From a virus (Duplodnaviria; Caudoviricetes), in IMG/VR virus record IMGVR_UViG_3300028591_000100, positions 1 to 64,000 of that record: a DNA stretch of 64,000 bases. One strand, written 5' to 3'. The translations under genes and the position numbers were made by a program. Every line of letters begins with the position of its first letter. The stretch's first letter is position 1. Below are positions 1-8,722 of this stretch, piece by piece. Below the pieces are notes generated by a model. The model did no database searches. It was not told the DNA's origin and worked only from the letters and a program-made list of their open reading frames with translations.

Positions 1-1228
1 AAGGCCTAGCAACTCCTGCTAAATGACAATACCCAATATCACCGCAACAGTTATCAAAGGTTTTGGTACAGGCGTAGGTGGATTCTCAAATACTGCTACA
101 ATTTTATATTCAATGGCAGCCATCTTCGATAAGCCAGGGCATGAAGACCAATATCAAGAGATTATGACTCGTATCAAACTTCTTCGTGAAATTGTAGGTC
201 AAGAAATCGACCGAATTAAAGGTGCAGACAAACCATCACTTCCTCGTGAATGGAAGAAGTTTGAAAAGATAGAAGAAGATGATACACCAGAAGAAAAAAC
301 ACGTAAAATGCGTGCAAATGCTCTAGTAATATCTAAGAAGCCTTATTTCTTCCGTTATCTTTATCCTGAGCTAAATCAAACATTTAAACAATTTGAAAAT
401 GCATATAATCAAATCTCAAAAGATATGTTTGGTTTAAAATTTAAGAAACTCCTTAAAAAGGAAGTTAAAACAGACGACGAAAAGAATCTTATTCGTAAAT
501 ATCAAAAATACTGTCCGTTAATTACAGCTCCATGTACAATGAATAATCTTTGTCGTGAGTTTGAATCAATAGACTTCGATATTAAATTTGCGAAGGATTC
601 CGAAACAGATACAAAGCTTTCTGTTATGTCTTCTCTACCAACCTTTGAAGAAAAGTATAAAGACATCGAAGAAAAAGAAAAATTCTTAACTGTTAAGAAA
701 ATGTATCAACAATACAATGCAAAAAGACAGATAACTTACCTTACTTCTATGTTCACTAACTTTGACGATTTTGCAGTTGATGGAGATGCAAAGCGTCCAT
801 ATTCAAAGGAGTACAAAGAGCTTCGTTCAATTCTATATGATGGTATAGTTGAAAGCTTACAATTACAGCTTGCGAATGCTAAGATTTCTGGTGAGGAGTT
901 CCTTTACTACTCATACAAACTTTCTAAATCTTACTCATCTTTTAATTGGAGTTTTGTTTGGGAGGTTTTAGCAGACCAAATTATTAAATTCATTCCTTCA
1001 TCTCAAGTGCTTTACCCCGTTCTTGACCCTGAGGGAGAATACGAATATCTTGGTCGTCACTATTCATTAAAGGATATCACAAAAATAACAAATACTGATT
1101 TGTTAGATAACGCAGAAGATATAGATATGCCTGCAACAAAAGAAGAATTAGAACAACCTGATGAAGAGCTATTTAAACAAGTTCTTTCTCAAGTTGACCC
1201 TGAGTTTTTACAAGAAGGAGATGCATAA
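1..1228 (+). CDS. YonO-like (RdRP-fold) single-subunit DNA-dependent RNA polymerase, C-terminal part; gene starts upstream of window; apparent 1-nt frameshift near nt 21-23
   Basis: Motifs GFGxxVGxxSN, KLLREIVGQEIDRIKG, LPREW and KKPYFFRYLYPEL resemble the region downstream of the catalytic DxDGD loop in SPbeta YonO-type phage RNAPs; the catalytic motif itself is outside the window. Confidence 0.75.
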
Positions 1229-1230
1229 CA

Positions 1231-1950
1231 ATGGCGGAACTACAAACAGGGCGCATGGCTGGTAAACAGCGTGCTACTACCATGTGTTTTTTTAAAAACA
1301 AAACTCGCGAGTTTAAAGATTTATATTATCAATATCTTGATCTACGCGCTGCAAAACTTACGGAAAGAGAGATTATCAAATCTCTATCTGAGTCTATGAT
1401 GGTCTCTTTCTCCTTCCCACAAGAAGTGGCAGATAAAACAGCTAAAATTCTATATTCTGAATTTACCTCTCCGTCTTTTGCCACTTCATTCTGTGACCTA
1501 CAACAACAAACAGAAGATTCTGAAGAAACACAGTCTTTCTTTATTTCTCAAGTTGATTATGAGCGATATCACTCTCTTATTGGAGCAGACCCTCATTCTT
1601 CAACAGAAATTAAGCATCTGCTTCTTGCGCTTATGTCGGTCTACCGACGTAATTATCACCATTCAGGATGGATACGTTATGACCGTAAGATTATTCTATA
1701 TCTTGCTGGGTTACAGCATTTACCTACTCGTGATACAGAAGAGCTTCTTAATTATCTTCATCAAGAGTATGGTCTTCAAATGCAAGTCGTCGGATCAAAT
1801 TCTCCAATTCCATGCTTTAAGTTTGACTGGATGTATGACCAACCTGAACCAGGTTCTCATGTGAATCCGTTCTTAAATTTCGGCCCATTCTCTCCTGAGA
1901 CTGTCGTAAACATTTCCTCAGGTACAGCCGAACCAAAAACTATAAACTAA
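1231..1950 (+). CDS. hypothetical protein
   Basis: 239-aa ORF, GGAG RBS, directly follows the RNAP gene. Confidence 0.85.
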   Translation: MAELQTGRMAGKQRATTMCFFKNKTREFKDLYYQYLDLRAAKLTEREIIKSLSESMMVSFSFPQEVADKTAKILYSEFTSPSFATSFCDLQQQTEDSEETQSFFISQVDYERYHSLIGADPHSSTEIKHLLLALMSVYRRNYHHSGWIRYDRKIILYLAGLQHLPTRDTEELLNYLHQEYGLQMQVVGSNSPIPCFKFDWMYDQPEPGSHVNPFLNFGPFSPETVVNISSGTAEPKTIN

Positions 1951-1976
1951 TACCACATAAAAAGGAGATTTTATTT

Positions 1977-2375
1977 ATGAAAATATTAACAGTTAATGAC
2001 CTTTATATGCTTGCGACACAACTCCTTGTCACCAACGACCCAGACACGCCTATCTGCTTTACTAATCGTTTTAGGGAGTATGGCCTTGATGATCAATATG
2101 TTGTAGAAGAAGAGAAGGATTCGTGGGGACAAAGAATTCAAGATTGTCAAGAGCATCAAAAAAACTTGGAACATCGCTCAACCATTATTATTCCTTGTGA
2201 AGAAGTAGGTTCTATTTTAAAAGGATATCATCGTGTTCTTAGTAAAGCACCTAAAAAAGAGTCTCGTCCTCATGAAGATATGGATGATGAAAATGTCGAA
2301 GACCTTGTTGATTCAATGAATTCTATCGAGGATTGGCTTGATGATTACAGCATAGAAGAAGAGGGAGATAATTAA
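1977..2375 (+). CDS. hypothetical protein, acidic C-terminus
   Basis: AAGGAG RBS, 132 aa. Confidence 0.85.
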   Translation: MKILTVNDLYMLATQLLVTNDPDTPICFTNRFREYGLDDQYVVEEEKDSWGQRIQDCQEHQKNLEHRSTIIIPCEEVGSILKGYHRVLSKAPKKESRPHEDMDDENVEDLVDSMNSIEDWLDDYSIEEEGDN

Positions 2376-2391
2376 GAAATAAAATTAACTT

Positions 2392-2422
2392 AAAACCAAC
2401 TAACATGGTTGGTTTTATTTTT
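2392..2422 (+). terminator. intrinsic terminator
   Basis: AAAACCAACT-aacat-GGTTGGTTTT hairpin followed by a T-rich tract. Confidence 0.75.
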
Positions 2423-2458
2423 CTATTCAACCTATTATATAATATATATTAATGGGGA

Positions 2459-2490
2459 TTGACATTTGTTTATATTCTGCTATAATATAA
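2459..2490 (+). promoter_or_regulatory. phage promoter class A (TTGACA-N16-TATAAT, extended -10)
   Basis: TTGACAtttgtttatATTCTGCTATAATATAA; motif recurs 7 times in window. Confidence 0.85.
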
Positions 2491-2514
2491 TTGCAATGAG
2501 AGGAGATTTTAAAA

Positions 2515-3333
2515 ATGAAAGAATACATACTAGAAGCACTAGAAAGATTGGCAATGCCTGACGAACTACATAAAAAAGAGTGCGAAAGGTTAGGTATTAG
2601 TTTAACTGAAGATTACGAAGTAGTTAAACAAGCCTTAACAAAGCTACAAGCAATAGAGGAAGCCAATCCTAGTGAGGCGTTAGAGTGTTTGGATAAAATG
2701 ATTAGAGATTTTAACGAAACAACTACTGGTATGAATGGGCTAGGAGAGGTTGTAGTAGGAAATGAACTTGTGTATTTTCATAAGAAAGAGTTAGAAACTA
2801 TCAAACAAGCTTTATTAAAACAATTAAGTGGCAGTCAATACACAAACATTGCTATTGATGAAGCCAATCCTAGTGAGGCATTGGAATCATTGATTAGAAT
2901 GGACAATTTATATTGTGCTATATGTCCTCATACAAAAGGGGATTGTAATGAGTGTGAATATAATCAAAAATCTAATATTGTTTATCAAGCCTTACAAAAG
3001 GCTCGAGAACAAAATGAACTTATCGAAGAATACGACTTGAAACCTTATGAGTTAAGAGAGGCTTTACTGTTGTATGCTATGTATAAGGGTGAGTACAAGG
3101 GAAACCCTCTACCATCATTAAAACAATACAAAAAGCAAGAAAAGGAAAATGCTGAATATAAAGAAGTGTTAAGAATTATATTTGAAAAGAATATAGATGT
3201 AGAAAAATTGAAATATAGATTAAGAGTCGAAGAAGACGATGATGATGTTTATTTACATTACAAATATGACTTAATTATGACAAGAGAAGAATTTGAGTTG
3301 CTAAAGAGGTGGTGTGAGAAATGGCTAAATTGA
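2515..3333 (+). CDS. hypothetical protein, EAxPSEALE / EKNVD modular family
   Basis: Two EANPSEALE repeats plus C-terminal IFEKNIDV...TREEFELLK module shared with paralogs. Confidence 0.85.
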   Translation: MKEYILEALERLAMPDELHKKECERLGISLTEDYEVVKQALTKLQAIEEANPSEALECLDKMIRDFNETTTGMNGLGEVVVGNELVYFHKKELETIKQALLKQLSGSQYTNIAIDEANPSEALESLIRMDNLYCAICPHTKGDCNECEYNQKSNIVYQALQKAREQNELIEEYDLKPYELREALLLYAMYKGEYKGNPLPSLKQYKKQEKENAEYKEVLRIIFEKNIDVEKLKYRLRVEEDDDDVYLHYKYDLIMTREEFELLKRWCEKWLN

Positions 3334-3462
3334 ATATTGAGAAAATAAAAGAGCATGACGACAGTAATTATCTAGCCAATGACTATAAAACATATTTATG
3401 TAGAATAGGTTGTTCTAATACTGGTTTAGATTTAAGTCAGGAAATCGAGGTAGATAAGCCAC

Positions 3463-3696
3463 ATGAAAATACTTGATTGGCGCGACAAAAACATAACTGT
3501 TGAAAGTCTCAAGGGACTTTCAGACTGCAACATCATCCTTGATGAAAGTCAGTTCGATGCCCCTGAATTTCAACAGTGCATCATCAGGAACGACTACTAC
3601 GTGTCAAAGCTTTATCTCTTATTTGAAGAAGCTGACACGCGAAATATTAAATTTATTACGCCTGAACGGGCGCAGGAGGTAAAAGAGTACGTATGA
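3463..3696 (+). CDS. hypothetical protein
   Basis: GAGG RBS, overlapping stop/start with next gene. Confidence 0.7.
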   Translation: MKILDWRDKNITVESLKGLSDCNIILDESQFDAPEFQQCIIRNDYYVSKLYLLFEEADTRNIKFITPERAQEVKEYV

Positions 3697-3947
3697 GAGA
3701 ATTAATTATATCAAACTATGATTGCGGTTGTGAATTTAAAGCTGTAGTTATTATTGATAATCAACCAGAGATAGTTACTGCGCATCGCGAACGCGATATG
3801 CAAGAGTATGATTTATATGATCTTGACAGCAGCTGGTTTGACACCAGTCGCATCTCTAAAGAAAATCAATCAATACAGCTATTTGATAGAGTTGTTTACT
3901 GCTCCAACGGCGGTATTCAAGTTTTTTGGAAAGGAAAGGACTACTAA
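3693..3947 (+). CDS. hypothetical protein
   Basis: GGAGG RBS, ATGA overlap. Confidence 0.7.
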   Translation: MRELIISNYDCGCEFKAVVIIDNQPEIVTAHRERDMQEYDLYDLDSSWFDTSRISKENQSIQLFDRVVYCSNGGIQVFWKGKDY

Positions 3948-3948
3948 A

Positions 3949-4611
3949 ATGAACGGAACTACTTTAAAAGGCATATTAAGGCACGTTGATACAGAAAAAG
4001 AATTTGACGCATTATATTATGTACAACGGATATACTCAAGTTTTTTACAGACTTCAAATGAATTTTGCCAAATAACTTTAAATAAAAGTCAAGCAAAAAA
4101 GCTCGTTGAAGAAATTGATTATATAGAGCAAGTCCTCGTTGATCTGGAGACGGTTAAAGAAGCCGACCCTAGCGAAGCATTGGAGCACTTGGAAGAGTGT
4201 GCTAACGGAATGAAAGATTTACCAAAATCAAATTGGATTGATTTAGCAAACAGTGAAGCTGAGCTAGATTTGAAAATTATGGATTGGGTTGAAGTTATAA
4301 AGTTTGGGTTATTTAAAGGTGCACAAGCATCATCAAAGACTCAACAAAGACTGAAAGAAGAAAACAATGTCTTACTTGGGCAAAATACTGATTTGTATAA
4401 TGAATTGGAATTAACCAGTAAACAATATAAAGAGTTGATGAAGGGGGCAAAACAGCAAAATGATGCTCTTAAGACTATATTTGAAAAGAGTGTTGATGTA
4501 TTTAGATTAAAAAAATTAGATTTTAATACATTTAATCAATTACAAAGAAGTTGTAAACTACCTGAACTTACCGAAGAAGAATTTAATACTTTAAAGGGGT
4601 ATTCTAAATGA
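3949..4611 (+). CDS. hypothetical protein, EAxPSEALE / EKNVD modular family
   Basis: Start moved to ATG 3949 behind AAGGA RBS; EADPSEALE and FEKSVDV...LTEEEFNTLK. Confidence 0.85.
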   Translation: MNGTTLKGILRHVDTEKEFDALYYVQRIYSSFLQTSNEFCQITLNKSQAKKLVEEIDYIEQVLVDLETVKEADPSEALEHLEECANGMKDLPKSNWIDLANSEAELDLKIMDWVEVIKFGLFKGAQASSKTQQRLKEENNVLLGQNTDLYNELELTSKQYKELMKGAKQQNDALKTIFEKSVDVFRLKKLDFNTFNQLQRSCKLPELTEEEFNTLKGYSK

Positions 4612-5093
4612 CACACAAAGAATTATGTTACGAAACGGCTAAAAGATTTGTTAAAACAATGGCTATATATGAGTCCACTTGTTCATTAAGAGAAAAGCCT
4701 GATGTGTTAAATTTCACTTCTAATGCCTCTACTGAATTATATGAGATAAAAATGACGAGGTCAGATTTTTTGCGCGACAAAGACAAATTTGCAAGAGATT
4801 ATGCTTTGTTTGGTGATAAAAGATATTATGTGTGCTATGGTGATTTCATTAAGGTAGAAGAACTGCCAGAAGGTTGGGGTTTATACTGGTATGTTAATGG
4901 TAAATTTCATTTACAACGAGATTCACGAGACTTCAGGTATTATGAGGATGCTCAACATCTAATAAGACGCCAAAAGTGCAACAGTATTATTTTAATCAAT
5001 GCATTATCATATTGCAAAGATAATATAGTCTACTCTAAAAGAATTTTGGATAATAGAGTAAAATACGGAATTATTAAAGAGGTAGAAAAATGA
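4608..5093 (+). CDS. MmcB-like PD-(D/E)xK nuclease-fold protein
   Basis: EKPDV...YEIKMTRSDFLRD...GDKRYY...ELPEGWGL pattern. Confidence 0.65.
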   Translation: MTHKELCYETAKRFVKTMAIYESTCSLREKPDVLNFTSNASTELYEIKMTRSDFLRDKDKFARDYALFGDKRYYVCYGDFIKVEELPEGWGLYWYVNGKFHLQRDSRDFRYYEDAQHLIRRQKCNSIILINALSYCKDNIVYSKRILDNRVKYGIIKEVEK

Positions 5094-5647
5094 AATTAAA
5101 AGATTTTGAAGATTTAGGATTCACAGTAAAAACAACATATGAAAATACACCTATAAGGGTGGTTGTGTGTAAGGAAGAAGATTCGTATCAACAAGTTCTT
5201 GCCTTTGCGAAACAACATGGTGACTGGGATGAGATTAGTAAATACGCTCGCACCCTTGATTGCTGCCTTGGCCCCGTAAGTTATCAAAATGGAGAGTTGA
5301 TCGGTGTAAGATTGGTTACCTATAAACCTGGCACCAGATACTACACTGTTGTCGGCGACATCTCCTTATTTATTGAGGTTGTAGACGGCGTCGTGGTAAA
5401 CGTGAATGATATGTGCACATATTTCCACTCCGTTTGTAATTTTAATTGTTTATATGAAAAAGATACTTTGGGTGATGATGATGTGACAGCAGCTCAACTA
5501 CTAAAGCAGATGTATGACCACAGACTACGCAATGCACAGGACATCAGAAACTATTACAACAAAGAAATCAAAGATTTAAAACAATCTTACAGAAACTCAT
5601 TAGAACAAGCAAAAGCAGGATTAGATTTTTTAAAACAATTTAGTTGA
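5090..5647 (+). CDS. hypothetical protein
   Basis: 185 aa, GAGG RBS. Confidence 0.8.
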   Translation: MKLKDFEDLGFTVKTTYENTPIRVVVCKEEDSYQQVLAFAKQHGDWDEISKYARTLDCCLGPVSYQNGELIGVRLVTYKPGTRYYTVVGDISLFIEVVDGVVVNVNDMCTYFHSVCNFNCLYEKDTLGDDDVTAAQLLKQMYDHRLRNAQDIRNYYNKEIKDLKQSYRNSLEQAKAGLDFLKQFS

Positions 5648-5675
5648 TTTTTATTTAGATTCTGTTATAATATAA
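5644..5675 (+). promoter_or_regulatory. phage promoter class A (variant)
   Basis: TTGATTtttatttagATTCTGTTATAATATAA, 16-bp spacer. Confidence 0.7.
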
Positions 5676-5702
5676 TTGTATGAAAAGTTGAGGTAAAAAA
5701 TA

Positions 5703-5891
5703 ATGAAAAAAATAGAAATATACAAACAAAACGAAGACAAACAAGATGAATTACAATTATCACTACTTGTGAGTGATTATGAAATTAATTCTTATGTAAA
5801 CTCATTTGAAATTACATGTAAAATTGAAGAAATTGAAGCTACATATAGTATTCCTTTAAATAAGGGATATAAGGTAGTAGCTGAGGTTTAA
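5703..5891 (+). CDS. hypothetical protein
   Basis: GAGGT RBS after promoter. Confidence 0.7.
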   Translation: MKKIEIYKQNEDKQDELQLSLLVSDYEINSYVNSFEITCKIEEIEATYSIPLNKGYKVVAEV

Positions 5892-5923
5892 TAGAAGCAC
5901 AGGAAAAGGAGAGCGAATAGATT

Positions 5924-6130
5924 ATGACACAAGCACAAATGAGAGATAAACTTAATGAATTAGGTTATGCAATGATAGATTGTAGAGAAGCATTATGTTT
6001 AACTAATTTTAATTTTGAAGAATCCAAAGAATTATTATATTTATATACCATATCAAATATGCACATTACTTATGAATTATTGAAACTTATGAAGAGAGTA
6101 GAAAAATTAGAAAAGGATCATAAAGAATGA
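5924..6130 (+). CDS. small protein, possibly UBA/EF-Ts N-terminal-like helical domain
   Basis: GYAMIDCREALCLTNFNFEES resembles the EF-Ts N-terminal GxxMMDCKKAL pattern. Confidence 0.45.
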   Translation: MTQAQMRDKLNELGYAMIDCREALCLTNFNFEESKELLYLYTISNMHITYELLKLMKRVEKLEKDHKE

Positions 6131-6717
6131 AAGTAGTATTATGTGTTAAAAAGACAAAGCCTTATTTGGTAGATGAAAGAAAAGTTAGATACCATAATTT
6201 TGTTTTAGGTGATAATTCAGTTTTAAAATCAAATGAAAAAGATTTAGTATTAAACGGCAAAATCGTAGCTGAATGTGATTTCGAGGTTGAGGAGATAGAA
6301 CATTATATTCACTATGAGCCAGAACTTGATGTTGGAATAGTAGTTTATCCAGAATTTGAATGTGATGCTTATAGAACAAAAACGTTAGGGCATTTTGAAT
6401 TATTAAAAGAAAGTTGTTTAAAAGATTATTCTTTACCTAATATAACAGTTTCTAATGAATTAGATGATTATTTAAAAGGCAAAAATGGTTATGCAATCCA
6501 CATCAAGAACTTGAACGTGTTCGATAAGTCTAGAGAACTAAAACAATATTTTTTAACTAAGATTACAAGAGGTTTAACATATGGCTTTTATAATACCCCT
6601 GAAATTGAAAATGAAAGAACTATTGTTATATCAGTAACATCTCAAGAAGCTTGCAATATCTTAAATCATAAGCAAGATATATTAATTAGAAGAAATGTGT
6701 TAAAGGAGATGAAATAA
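6127..6717 (+). CDS. ASCH/PUA-like domain protein, apparently circularly permuted
   Basis: LNGKIVAEC, ESCL, GYAIHIKNLNVFDK core; the usual N-terminal ISIxPxxxxxIxxGxKxxExRK-like segment sits at the C-terminus. Confidence 0.6.
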   Translation: MKVVLCVKKTKPYLVDERKVRYHNFVLGDNSVLKSNEKDLVLNGKIVAECDFEVEEIEHYIHYEPELDVGIVVYPEFECDAYRTKTLGHFELLKESCLKDYSLPNITVSNELDDYLKGKNGYAIHIKNLNVFDKSRELKQYFLTKITRGLTYGFYNTPEIENERTIVISVTSQEACNILNHKQDILIRRNVLKEMK

Positions 6718-6998
6718 TGAAAAAATTATTAGGTTTATTATTATTTTTATCATTACTACTATCTCTATCTAGTTGTAAAAAGAACTATAAAACAATTATG
6801 TGCGAAGATTTGATAGTAGATAAAGAAATTAGAAGTGAAAGAAATAATTTTGTAACTTGGTTTTTTGACGTGCCTCTAAATGACACTGTTTACTATTTTT
6901 CTTTAAAAGAATATGGGGAAAGAAAAGTTAGTGAAAAAGAATATAACTCCTATAAAATTGGAGATATATACAAGTGGGAAGAAAAGGTAGAAGAATAA
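6717..6998 (+). CDS. lipoprotein
   Basis: MKK + hydrophobic stretch + LSSC lipobox. Confidence 0.8.
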   Translation: MKKLLGLLLFLSLLLSLSSCKKNYKTIMCEDLIVDKEIRSERNNFVTWFFDVPLNDTVYYFSLKEYGERKVSEKEYNSYKIGDIYKWEEKVEE

Positions 6999-7294
6999 TG
7001 AAAAAATTATTAGGCTTATTATTAACTATGTTATTACTAACATCTTTAACAAGTTGTGACGAACATAAAGCCACTGTAGAAAATCCAAGTCGGCAGATAG
7101 ACACTTTGGTTTTTATTGGTAGTCAAAAGAATGCTCAAAATAATAAATTTTACTACTATTATGATAAAGACACTAAGGTTATGTATGTTGTTCATGAGGG
7201 ACTATATAAAAGTGGAATCACACCGCTATACAATGAAGACGGAACATTAAAACTTTATGAAGAGGTCGATGAAGAAAAGAAGGAGCAGAAATAA
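6998..7294 (+). CDS. lipoprotein, DUF6440-like
   Basis: Same MKKLLGLLL leader, LTSC lipobox; YYDKDTKVMY...GITPLYNEDG. Confidence 0.75.
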   Translation: MKKLLGLLLTMLLLTSLTSCDEHKATVENPSRQIDTLVFIGSQKNAQNNKFYYYYDKDTKVMYVVHEGLYKSGITPLYNEDGTLKLYEEVDEEKKEQK

Positions 7295-7833
7295 TGGAAA
7301 AAGAATTTGAAGCATTAGAAAATTTATCAAAACAAGAAATTATCGTTAAAAAAGGTATTGGTGTTTATATGGATGGTAGTGTTCAAACTATGCCTCATAA
7401 AACAACTGTTGGTGTAGAATTTAAGGGGCATATTGAAACTCTTAAACAAGCCTTAACTGAGCTACAAGCAATTAAGGAGGCCAAGCCAAGTGAGGCATTG
7501 GAATGTTTAAAAGATATTAAGGAACTGTTTGATAAAATTGCAAAAGAAAATCCAACAACTTACAAAACTGAAACTTTTGCAGAAGCATGTCTCTTTCAAA
7601 CAAACACTTTTAAAATAGAGCTAGAATTACAAAAGGCTCAAGTGTTAGAATGGGAAAATGAATTATTAAAGCAAATTATAAAATCTTTCTTTGTTAAAGG
7701 TTCTCCTTTACATCAGTATGTAGACAAAGATTTTGGGTTGACAATTGAAGTTGACAGTGATTGTTCAATTATGCATTTGGGTGAATTTAAAGGTGTAGAT
7801 TTAGATAAAAAATTAAAAGAGGTACTAGAGTGA
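7294..7833 (+). CDS. hypothetical protein, EAxPSEALE modular family
   Basis: LKQALTELQAIKEAKPSEALECL. Confidence 0.85.
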   Translation: MEKEFEALENLSKQEIIVKKGIGVYMDGSVQTMPHKTTVGVEFKGHIETLKQALTELQAIKEAKPSEALECLKDIKELFDKIAKENPTTYKTETFAEACLFQTNTFKIELELQKAQVLEWENELLKQIIKSFFVKGSPLHQYVDKDFGLTIEVDSDCSIMHLGEFKGVDLDKKLKEVLE

Positions 7834-8384
7834 GCACAGAATTTGAAGAATTAAAAGCATTTTTAAAGCACCATTGTTTAACTAATTGCGGACACAATGC
7901 TAATGAAAGTTGCATCTGCAAAGCTGCCCTATGTTTTAAAGAAATCGAAAAGGCAGAACGAGCATTAGCCGAATTAAAACTCATTAAGGAGGCCAAGCCT
8001 AGTAAAGCATTGAAGAAGTTAGAAAGAATAGATGATTATGTAGACAAAGATTATGATTATTGTCAGCGTGGAGATTATGCCAAAGATTATGAGCTGATTA
8101 AACAAGTCTTACTACAGGCCCAAGAGGCAGAGGTTTTATGCGAATCACTAAAAAATCATAAATTTACTCCGAACGTTATTACTATATCTTTAGATGACTA
8201 TACTAAATTTATAGACCAACGCAATGTGCTTGAGATTCTTAAGGAAAAGAACGTTGACTTAAAATACTTAAGAGACTGCAAAACTGTAGAGGAGTACAAT
8301 AAATATTGTGACGACCTTACAGACGAGAAACCTCTTACCGAAGAGGGATTCAACACATTAAAGATGTGGCAAAAATATCAGTAG
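7830..8384 (+). CDS. hypothetical protein, EAxPSEALE / EKNVD modular family
   Basis: EAKPSKAL and LKEKNVDL...EEYN...LTEEGFNTLK; GTG start. Confidence 0.85.
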   Translation: MSTEFEELKAFLKHHCLTNCGHNANESCICKAALCFKEIEKAERALAELKLIKEAKPSKALKKLERIDDYVDKDYDYCQRGDYAKDYELIKQVLLQAQEAEVLCESLKNHKFTPNVITISLDDYTKFIDQRNVLEILKEKNVDLKYLRDCKTVEEYNKYCDDLTDEKPLTEEGFNTLKMWQKYQ

Positions 8385-8420
8385 TACACATTTATTAATG
8401 AATATCAAGAGGTAAATAGG

Positions 8421-8717
8421 ATGACAGAAAACGAAATTGAAATAGATGATATCGTCTATGCAGTTAAAAAGTTTGGGACCATTAAAAGTGGGTTCGATAT
8501 CCAAATCATTAAGTACAGAGTCCAATATAAAGGAACCTGCGCATTCATTCCTTACGGCTTTCACAATTTAGACGAGAGATGCCAAGAAATAGAATACGAT
8601 GAGTGCTGCAAGACATTGGACGAGGCAAAAGAAATTGTGAAAATAATACTGGGCGATTCCGTTGATTTTATCGAGCGCTATCATGGTGCCTACTACGACG
8701 TGGAAACGAGGGATTAA
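8421..8717 (+). CDS. hypothetical protein (paralog of 16438..16785)
   Basis: FGTIKSGFDIQIIKYRVQY...FIPYGF. Confidence 0.8.
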   Translation: MTENEIEIDDIVYAVKKFGTIKSGFDIQIIKYRVQYKGTCAFIPYGFHNLDERCQEIEYDECCKTLDEAKEIVKIILGDSVDFIERYHGAYYDVETRD

Positions 8718-8722
8718 ATAAG

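Noticed and set aside
2515-8384. Diversity-generating retroelement as the source of the paralog repeats
   Set aside because: No reverse transcriptase in the window and no template/variable repeat pair differing only at adenines
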